Made by a program: the position numbers and the translations under genes. A DNA stretch of 64,000 nucleotides, from positions 22,927 through 86,926 of IMG/VR virus record IMGVR_UViG_2681813435_000006; one strand, given 5' to 3'. Position 1 is the first letter of the stretch, and the number at the start of each line of letters is the position of its first letter. Of this stretch, positions 49,356 to 59,474 are shown piece by piece. The DNA comes from a virus (lineage: Duplodnaviria; Heunggongvirae; Uroviricota; Caudoviricetes). The notes below the pieces were generated by a model. The model did no database searches, had not been told where the DNA came from, and was given only the letters and a program-made list of their open reading frames with translations.

Positions 49356-49526
49356 ATGAGAAGGTATAGTAATATGCTAAGAAAATGCCCAAGATGTAAA
49401 CAAGATATGATAGAAATAGGGTGCAAAGATGGAACTAAAGAATGGGAATGTTGGTATTGTAAAATAGCCTTTAAAGAAAACCTAACATTCTTAGGTAAAA
49501 TATTAAGAAAGATTAGATTAATATAG
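49356..49526 (+). CDS. hypothetical small zinc-ribbon protein (56 aa), not in the track
   Basis: RBS AAAGGAGA; CPRCK...CWYCK. Confidence 0.3.
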   Translation: MRRYSNMLRKCPRCKQDMIEIGCKDGTKEWECWYCKIAFKENLTFLGKILRKIRLI

Positions 49527-49543
49527 GGGAGGGATAAAAAACA

Positions 49544-49924
49544 ATGAAAGGATATTTGCCAACTGGATTAAGTAAAAAAGATTTAAAAATAGAAACTTAT
49601 AAGCCTGATAAAGTAAAAGAAGATACTTTGGAGCATCAATCATATGGAGTAAAAATAACTTATGTACCTGAAAATATTGTGGTGAAAAGTGAAAAATATA
49701 AGGTTCAACTTAAAAATTATAGAAATTGTATTAATCAAATTTATAATAAGCTACCTAATATAAAAAAAGATTGTTATAATTGTAAATTCTATGATGGATT
49801 TTGTTGTATGTATAAATGTGCTTTAATGGCTATTCTCGATGAAGAAAGTGAAGCAGTTAATTGTAAGAATTATATACAAGGTTTATATGATGCGGAAGAA
49901 CTAGAAGAAACTGATTATAGATAG
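49544..49924 (+). CDS. hypothetical Cys-rich protein
   Basis: RBS GGGGAGGG. Confidence 0.4.
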   Translation: MKGYLPTGLSKKDLKIETYKPDKVKEDTLEHQSYGVKITYVPENIVVKSEKYKVQLKNYRNCINQIYNKLPNIKKDCYNCKFYDGFCCMYKCALMAILDEESEAVNCKNYIQGLYDAEELEETDYR

Positions 49925-49939
49925 TCTAGGAGGGTAAAG

Positions 49940-50251
49940 ATGTATTATAAGAAAATGTGGGAGGAATTAAAAGAAATAATAGAATTTAGGTATGAGGGTG
50001 AATCTGAAAATATACTTAGATGGACATATGAAGCTTTGTTAAAAAACATGAATGATTTGGAAAAGGAATATGATGATTATGGAGATATGAACAAATATTG
50101 TTCTGAATGTGGTAGTAAAATGATAACCAGAAAAGGTAAGTACGGTAAATTCCGAGGTTGTTCAAATTATCCAAAATGCAATTATCATGAGTATTATAGA
50201 GAGTTTGGCAAAATAAAAGATAATTCAAATGATGTAAATATAAATAAATAA
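49940..50251 (+). CDS. Small protein with a topoisomerase-type C4 zinc ribbon
   Basis: CSECGSKMITRKGKYGKFRGCSNYPKCNY matches the Topo I C-terminal Zn-ribbon pattern (CPxCG...G.FxGCSxYPxC). Confidence 0.45.
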   Translation: MYYKKMWEELKEIIEFRYEGESENILRWTYEALLKNMNDLEKEYDDYGDMNKYCSECGSKMITRKGKYGKFRGCSNYPKCNYHEYYREFGKIKDNSNDVNINK

Positions 50252-50305
50252 CGATATAAACTTTAGATTTTATATAAAATAATTAAAAAAAGGAGAACTA
50301 TAATA

Positions 50306-50572
50306 ATGTTGCCTACTAAAAGGATGAAATTATGTTCAGTCATAGATTATGATGTAAACAATAATAAGAATCATATAGAAAAGCAAGTGATTAAAAATAT
50401 AATGAATGAAATATCTGATACTATTACTGAATTAGATTTTAACTCAGAGATAGGATGTCAAATAACATTGAGACCTATTAATTGGAGTAAATACCCTGAT
50501 AGGATTAAATCTGAAAGATGTGAAATAACAGGATTAATAGATTATGTACTAGATGAGGGTGTATATGATTAA
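50306..50572 (+). CDS. hypothetical protein
   Basis: RBS AAAGGAGAA. Confidence 0.4.
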   Translation: MLPTKRMKLCSVIDYDVNNNKNHIEKQVIKNIMNEISDTITELDFNSEIGCQITLRPINWSKYPDRIKSERCEITGLIDYVLDEGVYD

Positions 50573-50840
50573 AAAGATATTTTCTGATAATACCAAAGAT
50601 GAAATAAATAAATTTTTAAGTAATAGCAAACAATTTACAAAAGAATTTAAAATATTAGACAAAAGTGATGATACATATATATTAGGTATAGATTTAGCCA
50701 AACAAGATGAGTATGATTGTTCTTGTGTATGTTATATGCGATGTAATAAAAATGGAACTTTTACTATAATGAAATCAGAAATATTCAAAGGAGATGATTA
50801 TAATAAACTTGGATTTCCTAGCAAAACAGTTAAAATCTAA
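50553..50840 (+). CDS. hypothetical protein
   Basis: Overlaps the upstream gene. Confidence 0.35.
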   Translation: MRVYMIKKIFSDNTKDEINKFLSNSKQFTKEFKILDKSDDTYILGIDLAKQDEYDCSCVCYMRCNKNGTFTIMKSEIFKGDDYNKLGFPSKTVKI

Positions 50841-51165
50841 TTATTCAAATAAAGAAGTTAAAGAACTTATTGAAATTGACAACTTAATTACTGAAATAAA
50901 AATGATATCTAATAAGGAACAACTAAAATTAAAACAATTTAATAAAGAAAACTTAATGTATTTAAAATCCTTGCTTTTGCAAGGTGAAGATTATAATGCA
51001 GCTCTAAAATCTGCGAGTGAATATCAAAAAAACTATACAAAAACTTTACAATCATTATCGATAAGTCAAAATGTATTTAATTCTTATTTAACATTAACTG
51101 ATAATAATATTGAATATGCTAAAGAATTAATTATGATAAATAATATTAAAGGTGGGATAGTGTGA
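50794..51165 (+). CDS. hypothetical protein (start uncertain)
   Basis: 47-nt overlap with the upstream ORF. Confidence 0.3.
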   Translation: MIIINLDFLAKQLKSNYSNKEVKELIEIDNLITEIKMISNKEQLKLKQFNKENLMYLKSLLLQGEDYNAALKSASEYQKNYTKTLQSLSISQNVFNSYLTLTDNNIEYAKELIMINNIKGGIV

Positions 51166-51695
51166 ATTATATAAGTGCTGAGAATTTTTTAAAACAGCCT
51201 AAAGAAATACAAGAAGTATTCTTAAATTGGTGGCAACCTGAATTTGGAGATTTATTTATTGAAGATTATTGGGACATAGATAGCATTATAAATATAGTAG
51301 GTTGTGTGCCTATTAATAAAAAACATTTTGAAGATTATGAGGGGAAAATACATTATAAAACAGATTTAGTAATACCGCTATTAACAGAAGAACGATTAAG
51401 ACGGTTTATAGAGAATAAAACAAACTCAAAAATCATATATGATTATTTAGATACAATTGGTGGTTATTCAATTGGCTTAGTTTTAAATAAAAATTCACCT
51501 ACTCAAAATGTAAAATGGTTTGAAGATTGCGGTGATAATTTATTACAAGCATACTGGCAAGTAGCTTGTATAATATCACAAGAAGAAGTTATTAATGAAA
51601 ACCAAAATATTATATCTATAAATGAATACGGCTTACCTGTTATAAAAGGTGGAGGAAAAACTATGAGGGAGATGTACAATGACGAATATAGATAA
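51162..51695 (+). CDS. hypothetical protein
   Basis: GTG/ATG overlap; RBS AAAGGTGGG. Confidence 0.4.
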   Translation: MNYISAENFLKQPKEIQEVFLNWWQPEFGDLFIEDYWDIDSIINIVGCVPINKKHFEDYEGKIHYKTDLVIPLLTEERLRRFIENKTNSKIIYDYLDTIGGYSIGLVLNKNSPTQNVKWFEDCGDNLLQAYWQVACIISQEEVINENQNIISINEYGLPVIKGGGKTMREMYNDEYR

Positions 51696-51873
51696 CATTA
51701 ATTGTAATGAATGTCAATTTATTAATTTAACTGAAGAAGAACAAATAGATCATAAATGTTTAAAGTATAATATTAGAATTGTACATAGTAGTAATAATCC
51801 TTATATCAAACATAATTTTATTTTTCCATGTAGACAATGTAACGGAAAAAGCTTTATAAAAAGAGAGGTGTAA
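51679..51873 (+). CDS. hypothetical Cys-rich small protein
   Basis: CNECQ...CRQCNGK. Confidence 0.35.
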   Translation: MTNIDNINCNECQFINLTEEEQIDHKCLKYNIRIVHSSNNPYIKHNFIFPCRQCNGKSFIKREV

Positions 51874-52094
51874 TAGTTTGAAAACCCAAGAACAAATAGA
51901 AAAACGATTAATAAATATATTAAGAAAACAAGCTGATAGTTTGGAAAAAGGAGATACGGAAAATATTCTTATCTACAAAACTCTTAGACAAGAAGTATGT
52001 GTTTTAGAAGATATTTTAGAATTAAATGTTATTAATAGATAACATAAAAAGTTAATTTTATACACAATAATTTAATAATAAGGAGTGATTTTAA

Positions 52095-52565
52095 TTGAAT
52101 ATAGTCAATACAATAATACTATCCATTTTAGTATTAATAGGTTTTTATGCAATATATACTTTAATTCAAGGTATTAAAGAAGGAGATGTCTTTGTTTGTT
52201 TTATATGTGTAATAATTATATTAATAACGTTAGGATTGCCCTTAGGTGCTTTTTATGACTATACCCAAGATTCAAAAGCAACAAAAGATATAATACCAGT
52301 TGTTTTAGAAATTGAAAATAAAGAGCATAGAAACGCATATACTCAAGTTATTTCTAATGGTAAATCTACTTCTTGTATATATCATGCCGAGCAAAATAAT
52401 ATAATCGTAACAGATGGAGAAAATGAAGAAACCATAGATAATATAAAATTATATAATGCACTTAATAAAGGTGATAAGGTAAAAGGTTATAAAACTTTAT
52501 ATAAGAAAAAGAATGGCGAAATATATAAGATTAAATTAAAAGTTAAAGAAGATAATAAACAATAA
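52095..52565 (+). CDS. hypothetical membrane protein
   Basis: Two N-terminal TMs; RBS AAGGAGTG. Confidence 0.4.
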   Translation: MNIVNTIILSILVLIGFYAIYTLIQGIKEGDVFVCFICVIIILITLGLPLGAFYDYTQDSKATKDIIPVVLEIENKEHRNAYTQVISNGKSTSCIYHAEQNNIIVTDGENEETIDNIKLYNALNKGDKVKGYKTLYKKKNGEIYKIKLKVKEDNKQ

Positions 52566-52593
52566 TTTAAAAAATAAAAAAGGAGGAAACTCA

Positions 52594-52824
52594 ATGGAGA
52601 TTTGTGAACTTTGTGGTGGAGAGATTATAATAAAAACAAAATATAGAAAAGCAAAACCTTTTGGTGAAGTATATAAAGATGTAGAGTATAAATGCCAAAA
52701 TTGCGGATGTAGAGAGGGAAATTCTTATAAAATAAAATCTCCTAGCAGATATGAAATAAGAATGATTAGAGGTTTATTAGAATTAAACATATTAAAAAAT
52801 GAATTAACAAAGGAGTTGATATAA
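52594..52824 (+). CDS. hypothetical zinc-ribbon protein
   Basis: CELCGG...CQNCGC; RBS AAAGGAGGAA. Confidence 0.4.
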   Translation: MEICELCGGEIIIKTKYRKAKPFGEVYKDVEYKCQNCGCREGNSYKIKSPSRYEIRMIRGLLELNILKNELTKELI

Positions 52825-53141
52825 TGGGAGAAGATATATTTTTAGACAAATTGACTGTGTATATTGATGGACAACCTTGTGATGCATCCATAGATAAAAC
52901 GTATTTTGAGAACATAGAAGAAAATCAATCAAATAACATTCAAAATACAATAGAGTTATTAAATAAACCTATATCTATAGAATTAGCAAATGAAAGTATT
53001 AAAGCATGTAAAAGCTTTATAGAAGAACTAACATATAAAGCACAAATTATAAATCTAATAAATATTTATGATAAAACTAAAAAATTTAGAATTAAAAAGA
53101 AATTAACAAAAAGAATAAATGAGTTATTAGCTAAACCTTAA
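52824..53141 (+). CDS. hypothetical protein
   Basis: Start overlaps the upstream stop. Confidence 0.4.
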   Translation: MGEDIFLDKLTVYIDGQPCDASIDKTYFENIEENQSNNIQNTIELLNKPISIELANESIKACKSFIEELTYKAQIINLINIYDKTKKFRIKKKLTKRINELLAKP

Positions 53142-53173
53142 GAAAAAAGAGAAAAATTAAGGAGGTTTTAATA

Positions 53174-53365
53174 TTGAATAAATATCAAAAACAGCTAAGT
53201 AAAAGATTAGTATTAGATAAAATGAAAATAAATAATATAAGTCATCCTAATCAAATTTTAAAAGAAAATTTTAATATTGATATAAGTAATAATGATAGCA
53301 CATATAAACCTTTAAAAGAAGTTTTAAAAGAATTATCTGATAAATGGAATAGATTAATAAGTTAA
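53174..53365 (+). CDS. hypothetical protein
   Basis: RBS AAGGAGG; TTG start. Confidence 0.35.
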   Translation: MNKYQKQLSKRLVLDKMKINNISHPNQILKENFNIDISNNDSTYKPLKEVLKELSDKWNRLIS

Positions 53366-53442
53366 AATGAAATGAAATATTGCTTTTACAACAATACAAA
53401 ATAATTTAATAATAAAAGACTTTTTTATAGCAAAAAATCAAA

Positions 53443-53477
53443 ATAAGAGTAGAAAAATTTATTTCCACTCTTATTTT
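53443..53477 (+). terminator. Hairpin ATAAGAGT-N16-ACTCTTAT followed by TTT
   Basis: 8-bp stem seen in the sequence, 80 nt after the 53365 stop. Confidence 0.35.
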
Positions 53478-53634
53478 GAAAAAATGTGTTTAAATGTTCA
53501 ATAATTGTATATTTTTCTTATGAAAATATACTTATTGATAATTCCATTTATATTTATTATAATAACCATTTAATAAATATATATACATGAAAAACAAATG
53601 AATATTTATATAGAAATAGAAAGGAGATAATATA

Positions 53635-54087
53635 ATGAAATCAACAAAACCAAAATTTAATATAGGTGACAATGTAGAAATTAATTTTAATATATTGAAA
53701 AAGAAACTAAGAAAACAGCAAATATATCCTCAAGCATTTATGGAAATATCTCAATTTAATAATAATTCAATAGGGCAACATGTAATTACCAGACTATCAA
53801 GAGGTAGTAATGATGTAAATTCTTATAACTTAGATGGAGATTATATGTTTGAAGAGGATGAGATAAACTTACTGCAAAATGCAGAACATATATATTATAT
53901 TTATAAAATAAAGAATAAAGTTATAGAAATATTTCCTGTAACAATAAAAAACAAAGCAGAAAAATATTGTAAAGTGCATAGGGATTGGGACTTCATAGAA
54001 GGTACTAAAGTTAATACAATACAATTGAGCATCTATGAGAAGGAAAATAAACATATACCTTTTAAAATTGTAAAAAACAGAATATAA
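53635..54087 (+). CDS. hypothetical protein
   Basis: RBS AAAGGAGA. Confidence 0.4.
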   Translation: MKSTKPKFNIGDNVEINFNILKKKLRKQQIYPQAFMEISQFNNNSIGQHVITRLSRGSNDVNSYNLDGDYMFEEDEINLLQNAEHIYYIYKIKNKVIEIFPVTIKNKAEKYCKVHRDWDFIEGTKVNTIQLSIYEKENKHIPFKIVKNRI

Positions 54088-54096
54088 ATAAATTTA

Positions 54097-55074
54097 ATGG
54101 AGGTAATCTATATGAAAAAAATAAAATTATTTACTCATACAGATTTAGATGGAATAGGTTGTGCTATTTTAGGAATTTTAGCTTATGGAAAAGATAATAT
54201 AAACATTGAATATTGTAATTATGATGATGTTAATGAAAAGGTTAAAGAATTTTATATGGGAGCAGAAAAGAATGAATATGATAAAATATTTATAACAGAT
54301 ATATCTGTAAATGAAAAAATAGCTACGATAATAAAACAGTATTACATAGATGAAACTTATAATCCTGATATTCAATTACTTGACCATCATCCAACAGCAT
54401 TAGAACTAAACAAGTATGATTGGGCGAAAGTTCAAATAAATTTAAATGATAAAGAAAAAACTTCTGGAACTAGAATGTTTTATGACTATTTAAAAGAAAA
54501 TAGATACTTAGATTCACATGCAGTAGTATATAATCAATATACTAATATAGAGACATTTGTTGAAATTGTTAGAAAATATGATATATGGCAATGGAAAGAA
54601 GAAAATTATTTAATTCCTAAACAGTGGAATGATTTATTTTATATAATGGGTAGAGAAGATTTTATAGAAAGTATACTATATAGATTAACCCACTATGATA
54701 TTTTTGGATTTAGTGATTTTGATCTGCAATTATTAAAATATAAACAAAGAGAAATTGATAATTATATAAAATCTAAAGATAAAGAATTAATAGTTAAAGA
54801 TATATTAGGATATAAAGCAGGTATTATATTTGGAGAGCAATATCATTCAGAAGTTGGAAATAGATTATCTGAAACACATCCCGAATTAGATTTTATAGTT
54901 ATTATAAATATGAGTAAGGCAATTAGCTATAGAAACATAGGTAACAAGGTAGACTTAGGAAAAGATGTAGCTGAAATATTCGAAGGTGGAGGACATCCTA
55001 ATGCTGCTGGAAGTCCAATAAGTGATGAGTTTAGAAATAAAGTAATAAATGAGATATTTAATCTAAAGTCTTAA
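54097..55074 (+). CDS. Stand-alone DHH-DHHA1 phosphoesterase (NrnA-like nanoRNase / pAp or cyclic-nucleotide phosphodiesterase family)
   Basis: Motif I HTDLDGIG, DHH motif LLDHHP, C-terminal DHHA1 GGGHPNAAG; 325 aa. Confidence 0.65.
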   Translation: MEVIYMKKIKLFTHTDLDGIGCAILGILAYGKDNINIEYCNYDDVNEKVKEFYMGAEKNEYDKIFITDISVNEKIATIIKQYYIDETYNPDIQLLDHHPTALELNKYDWAKVQINLNDKEKTSGTRMFYDYLKENRYLDSHAVVYNQYTNIETFVEIVRKYDIWQWKEENYLIPKQWNDLFYIMGREDFIESILYRLTHYDIFGFSDFDLQLLKYKQREIDNYIKSKDKELIVKDILGYKAGIIFGEQYHSEVGNRLSETHPELDFIVIINMSKAISYRNIGNKVDLGKDVAEIFEGGGHPNAAGSPISDEFRNKVINEIFNLKS

Positions 55075-55090
55075 AATAATCAAAAATCAT

Positions 55091-55187
55091 CTCTTATTTA
55101 CTCTTGAATACTCATTTATACTATGTTTTTCAAGTATAAAAATGATATAAAATCGGCATTTTAAATAAATACAAAATAATCTAATAA
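55091..55187 (+). repeat. About 95-nt intergenic element, copy A (homologous to 61881-61972)
   Basis: By-eye alignment with copy B gives about 75-80% identity (CTCTTAWWTACTYYNAATACTCAYTNATRCTAYRTTTTTCAAGKATAAAAATGWTATAAAATC...). Confidence 0.5.
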
Positions 55188-55193
55188 AATAAC

Positions 55194-55254
55194 TTGACAA
55201 AATATAGGAATGGGGGATATAATTAAAATTGTAAATTGTTCCTATTCCTATATT
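55194..55254 (+). promoter_or_regulatory. sigmaA-type promoter TTGACA-N18-TATAAT bracketed by an 11-bp perfect inverted repeat (AATATAGGAAT ... ATTCCTATATT)
   Basis: IR arms at 55201-55211 and 55244-55254 flank the -10; candidate operator upstream of the topoisomerase operon. Confidence 0.45.
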
Positions 55255-55304
55255 TTATAATATAAAACAATTTAACAATTTAAATAAGAAGGGAGAATAA
55301 ATTA

Positions 55305-57239
55305 ATGGCAGAAAAAATAGTAGTTTTAAGTGATAAGGACAAAGCACGAAAAAGAATTAATGTGTTTCATGGTTCGGCTGAAAACCATGAAAATATGATT
55401 AAAGAATTATTAGGTAATTCAATTGATATATTTAAAAAGAACTTTAAAGAAAGAAATAACAATACCATAAAAATAATACTGCATGAATCTAATAAGCTCG
55501 AATTTATTGATAATGCTAGTGGTATTCCAGTAGAAGAGGTTGCTTCTGATGGAAGTCCCAATTATGAAGCAATATTTGAAAGAGCATTTTGTGGTAGTAA
55601 TTTTAATAACTCTAATGCTACAGTTGGTCAAAATGGAATTTTTCTATATACATTAAGTATGACTTGTGAAGATATAGAATATTTTATATCTAGACCCAAT
55701 GGCAATATATATAATATAGCTTATCATAAAGGAGATAAGGTTAAAGATTTAAATATTATAGGAAAATCTAAAGAAACTTATTCTAAAATGATATTTTCAT
55801 TAGACAACGAAGTATGGAACAATCCTTACTTTACATTTAACCAAATATGCAGTATAGCACAAGCACAGGCATCATTATTTAAAGTAAAAATAATAATAGA
55901 AGATCAACAAAACAGCCAAATAAAAGAATTTTTTTATGAAAATGGTATAGAAGAATATTTCAATGAAATGACAAATAAAAAATCAATCATAAGTGATAAC
56001 TTAGAAATAATAAAAAGTATTGAATGCAAAACAAATAAAAATGAAACTGACAAAATAGATGTAGATTTTATATTTAATTATTCAAATGATAGCGAAGATG
56101 ATTTTCAAAAAGATTTTTTGAATACTGCTGATTTATTATTGCATGGAACTATACAAGAAGGTATTTTTAATGGTTTAAAAAATAGTATTGACAAATGGTT
56201 AGATAAAAACAATAAATATATAAAAAAAGAAAAACATATTACCATAGAAGATATTTCAACAGGATTGAACTATATATGTAATGTAAATAGTTTATATGTA
56301 GAATATGATAATCAGATTAAACAAAAAACATCTTGTAAACATTATAAAAAAGCTATTAAAGAAGTTATAGAAGAATATTTAGAAGTATTTTTTATTGAAA
56401 ATCCAATACAAACTGAAAAAATATGTATGCAAGTATTAATTAATAGTAGAGCAAGAAATAAAGCAAATAAGACTAGACAAAATATACTTAAAAAACTAAG
56501 CGAAAAAAGCGATGGTTTTAATAGAGTAGACGGTTTAGTTGATTGTAAATATCATAATGAAAAAAGTGAATTACATATAACAGAAGGTAGAAGTGCATTA
56601 GGTTCAGCTTTATTAAGTAGAAATCCAGATTTTCAAGCCTGTTATCCTATAAGGGGTAAAATATTAAATTGTTTAAAAGCAAGTGAAAAAAATATATTTG
56701 ATAATACCATAGTAATATCTTTATGTAAAATTCTTAATTGTGGAATAGAATTAAAATCTAAATTCAACAAAGATTTAAATAATTTTGATATAAATAAACT
56801 CAGGTTTTACTCTATATTTATTGATACTGATGCAGATAAGGATGGGAAATCCATTCAAGTATTACTATTAACAATGATATATAAATTAATGCCTCAATTA
56901 TTAGCTGAAGGAAGAGTTTTTATTTCGCAACCACCAATATATGTTATAACTAATAATGAAAAAAAATACTATGCTTTTAACGATGAAGAAAAAGATAAAA
57001 TAGTATCTTCTTTAAAAGGCAAAGTGAGAGTAAATTATTTAAAAGGCTTAGGAGAAATGGATAAAATAGATATGTATAATACTGTTTTAAATCCCGAGAC
57101 AAGAAAAGCTATAAAAGTTAACGTTGTAAATGTAAAGGAAATGGTTAATCAATTTGATATATGGATGAATATAGATGTAGAACAAAGAAAAGAATTCATT
57201 GTAAATAATTTATATAAATATATTACAGACAACGATTAA
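55305..57239 (+). CDS. Type II DNA topoisomerase, ATPase/TOPRIM subunit (GyrB/ParE/T4 gp39-like)
   Basis: IKELLGNSIDI (GHKL Bergerat N-box region), TOPRIM LHITEGRSALGSA, PIRGKILN, DTDADKDGKSIQVLLLT. Confidence 0.8.
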   Translation: MAEKIVVLSDKDKARKRINVFHGSAENHENMIKELLGNSIDIFKKNFKERNNNTIKIILHESNKLEFIDNASGIPVEEVASDGSPNYEAIFERAFCGSNFNNSNATVGQNGIFLYTLSMTCEDIEYFISRPNGNIYNIAYHKGDKVKDLNIIGKSKETYSKMIFSLDNEVWNNPYFTFNQICSIAQAQASLFKVKIIIEDQQNSQIKEFFYENGIEEYFNEMTNKKSIISDNLEIIKSIECKTNKNETDKIDVDFIFNYSNDSEDDFQKDFLNTADLLLHGTIQEGIFNGLKNSIDKWLDKNNKYIKKEKHITIEDISTGLNYICNVNSLYVEYDNQIKQKTSCKHYKKAIKEVIEEYLEVFFIENPIQTEKICMQVLINSRARNKANKTRQNILKKLSEKSDGFNRVDGLVDCKYHNEKSELHITEGRSALGSALLSRNPDFQACYPIRGKILNCLKASEKNIFDNTIVISLCKILNCGIELKSKFNKDLNNFDINKLRFYSIFIDTDADKDGKSIQVLLLTMIYKLMPQLLAEGRVFISQPPIYVITNNEKKYYAFNDEEKDKIVSSLKGKVRVNYLKGLGEMDKIDMYNTVLNPETRKAIKVNVVNVKEMVNQFDIWMNIDVEQRKEFIVNNLYKYITDND

Positions 57240-57252
57240 AAGGGGTGTTTAA

Positions 57253-59466
57253 ATGATAGTTAATAAAGATATATCAACAATAATAGAAGATAACTCAATG
57301 GATTTCGCACAGTATGTAATAAAGAATAGAGCATTACCAGACTTATATAGTGGTATGAAACCTATACATATGAAAATATTATGGAGTATGTATGAAAATA
57401 AAACTTTTAATTTTACTAAATCAGCAAATGTTAGTGGCAAAGTAATGGTGTATTCTCCTCATGGAGATTGTTATGAAACTATAGTAAACATGGTGCAAAA
57501 TGATAGACATATTTATAACTTAATAGAAGGACAAGGAAACTGGGGAAGCTTTTGTTCTAGTGATATGAAATTCGCAGCTAGTAGATATACAGAATGTAAA
57601 TTAAGTAAACTAGGAAAAGATTGTATGCAAGGAATAAATAAAAATATGATTGAGATGATAGATAATTATGATGGCACTCAAAAAATGCCTAAATTTATTC
57701 CTACTCGTTTTCCTTTAATTTTATGTATGGCTAGTAATGGTATGGCAGTTGGCATGGCTAATAATTCTCCATCTTTTAATTTACAAGAAGTATGTGATGC
57801 AACTATATCTTATTTAAAAAATGAACCTATTCCCATATTATATCCTGATTTTGCTACGGGAGGATATGTATTAAAAAATCATACAAAAATAAAAAAAATA
57901 AATGAAACAGGATGTGGAGATGTTACATTAAGAGCTAAATATGAAATAAAAGATAGCATAATATTAATAACCGAAATCCCCTATGATACAAAAGTTACGG
58001 TGGAATCTATAATTGAAAAAATAATTAATTTGTGCAAGGAAGGTAAATTAAAAGAAATTAATAATGTATTAAATCTAACAGGTATTAATGGTTTATGTAT
58101 TGAGATAGATTGTAAAAAAAATACGGATATGAAAAAATTAATAAACAAACTTTTATTATTAACCCAGTTAGAAAATAAGTTTAGTGTGAATATGAATGTT
58201 TTAATTAATAAAACTCCTAAGGTAGTAGGGGTACAAGATATTATTAAAGAATGGTGCAATTTCAGACAACAATGTATCATTAATGGTATTAATTATGATA
58301 TTGAAACTTTAACAAAAGAACTTCATATTTTAAAAGGATTAAAAAATATATTATTAGATATAGATAAGGCTATTAATATAATCAGATTTTCAGAAGATGC
58401 TAATAAAGATTTACAGAAAGAGTTTACAATAGATCAAACTCAATCAGATTACATACTGAATATAAAATTAATAAACATAAATAAGAATTATATTATAAAA
58501 CAGTTAAAAGATATTTCTCAAAAAGAGGATAATCTACACCACCTACAAAGCATCGTTGATAACAAATATGAAATTAATAATATTATAATCAAAGATTTAG
58601 AAGATGTTAAAAAACAATTTTCACAACCAAGAAGAACACAAATAATAGAAAATAATTTAATTAATATAACTACAGAAGACCTTATCGAAGATAATACAGT
58701 AACTTTAGTTTTAACTAAAGATGGATATTTAAAAAAGAATCTTAAATATTCAGAATCACAAAAATTAAAAGATAATGATGAAATTATACAAATGTTCCAA
58801 ACTACAAATAAAACAGATATTCTTTTATTTACTAATAAGGGAAACGTATTATTACGTAAAACTTATGAATTAGATGAATGTCTACCTTCAGCATATGGTA
58901 TATTTATTCCTAATTGGCTAGGGGAACATTTACAAGAAAATGAAAAAATAATACATATTGCAACTACAAAAGATTATAAAGGACAAGTTCTTACTGTATT
59001 CCAAAACGGAAATATCGGATCAACAGATTTAAAGAAATATAAAGCTAAAACAAATAGGCAAGTTCCTATGGATGCTTATAATACAGAAAGTAAACTAATA
59101 GATATTAAAGTGGTTACAGAAGATGTTGATATATTCTTATTAACTGATGAAGGTAAAGCATTAATAGTTAATACTAAAAAGTCTGGAATAAGACCTACAA
59201 AATCAAGAGATACAAAAGGTGTAGTAGGTATTAGATTAAAAGGGGATAATAAGGTCATAGGTGCTATTATTAACTGCAACGAAGATAATTTCACTATATA
59301 TACTGAAAAAGGCAAGGAGATAGATTATATGCTTGATGATGTGGCTAACAATACAGAAAAATCATGGAAAGATTATTTAACTATGAAAAGAGCTAACCAA
59401 GGTAATTTCATGTATAATACTAGACAAAAGAGGGATAAAATAGTTAAAATGGAAATAAGAGAATAA
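57253..59466 (+). CDS. Type II DNA topoisomerase, DNA breakage-reunion subunit (GyrA/ParC/T4 gp52-like)
   Basis: RALPDLYSGMKPIHMKILWSM (compare RALPDVRDGLKPVHRR), active-site Tyr context AASRYTE. Confidence 0.8.
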   Translation: MIVNKDISTIIEDNSMDFAQYVIKNRALPDLYSGMKPIHMKILWSMYENKTFNFTKSANVSGKVMVYSPHGDCYETIVNMVQNDRHIYNLIEGQGNWGSFCSSDMKFAASRYTECKLSKLGKDCMQGINKNMIEMIDNYDGTQKMPKFIPTRFPLILCMASNGMAVGMANNSPSFNLQEVCDATISYLKNEPIPILYPDFATGGYVLKNHTKIKKINETGCGDVTLRAKYEIKDSIILITEIPYDTKVTVESIIEKIINLCKEGKLKEINNVLNLTGINGLCIEIDCKKNTDMKKLINKLLLLTQLENKFSVNMNVLINKTPKVVGVQDIIKEWCNFRQQCIINGINYDIETLTKELHILKGLKNILLDIDKAINIIRFSEDANKDLQKEFTIDQTQSDYILNIKLININKNYIIKQLKDISQKEDNLHHLQSIVDNKYEINNIIIKDLEDVKKQFSQPRRTQIIENNLINITTEDLIEDNTVTLVLTKDGYLKKNLKYSESQKLKDNDEIIQMFQTTNKTDILLFTNKGNVLLRKTYELDECLPSAYGIFIPNWLGEHLQENEKIIHIATTKDYKGQVLTVFQNGNIGSTDLKKYKAKTNRQVPMDAYNTESKLIDIKVVTEDVDIFLLTDEGKALIVNTKKSGIRPTKSRDTKGVVGIRLKGDNKVIGAIINCNEDNFTIYTEKGKEIDYMLDDVANNTEKSWKDYLTMKRANQGNFMYNTRQKRDKIVKMEIRE

Positions 59467-59474
59467 TTATTTAT

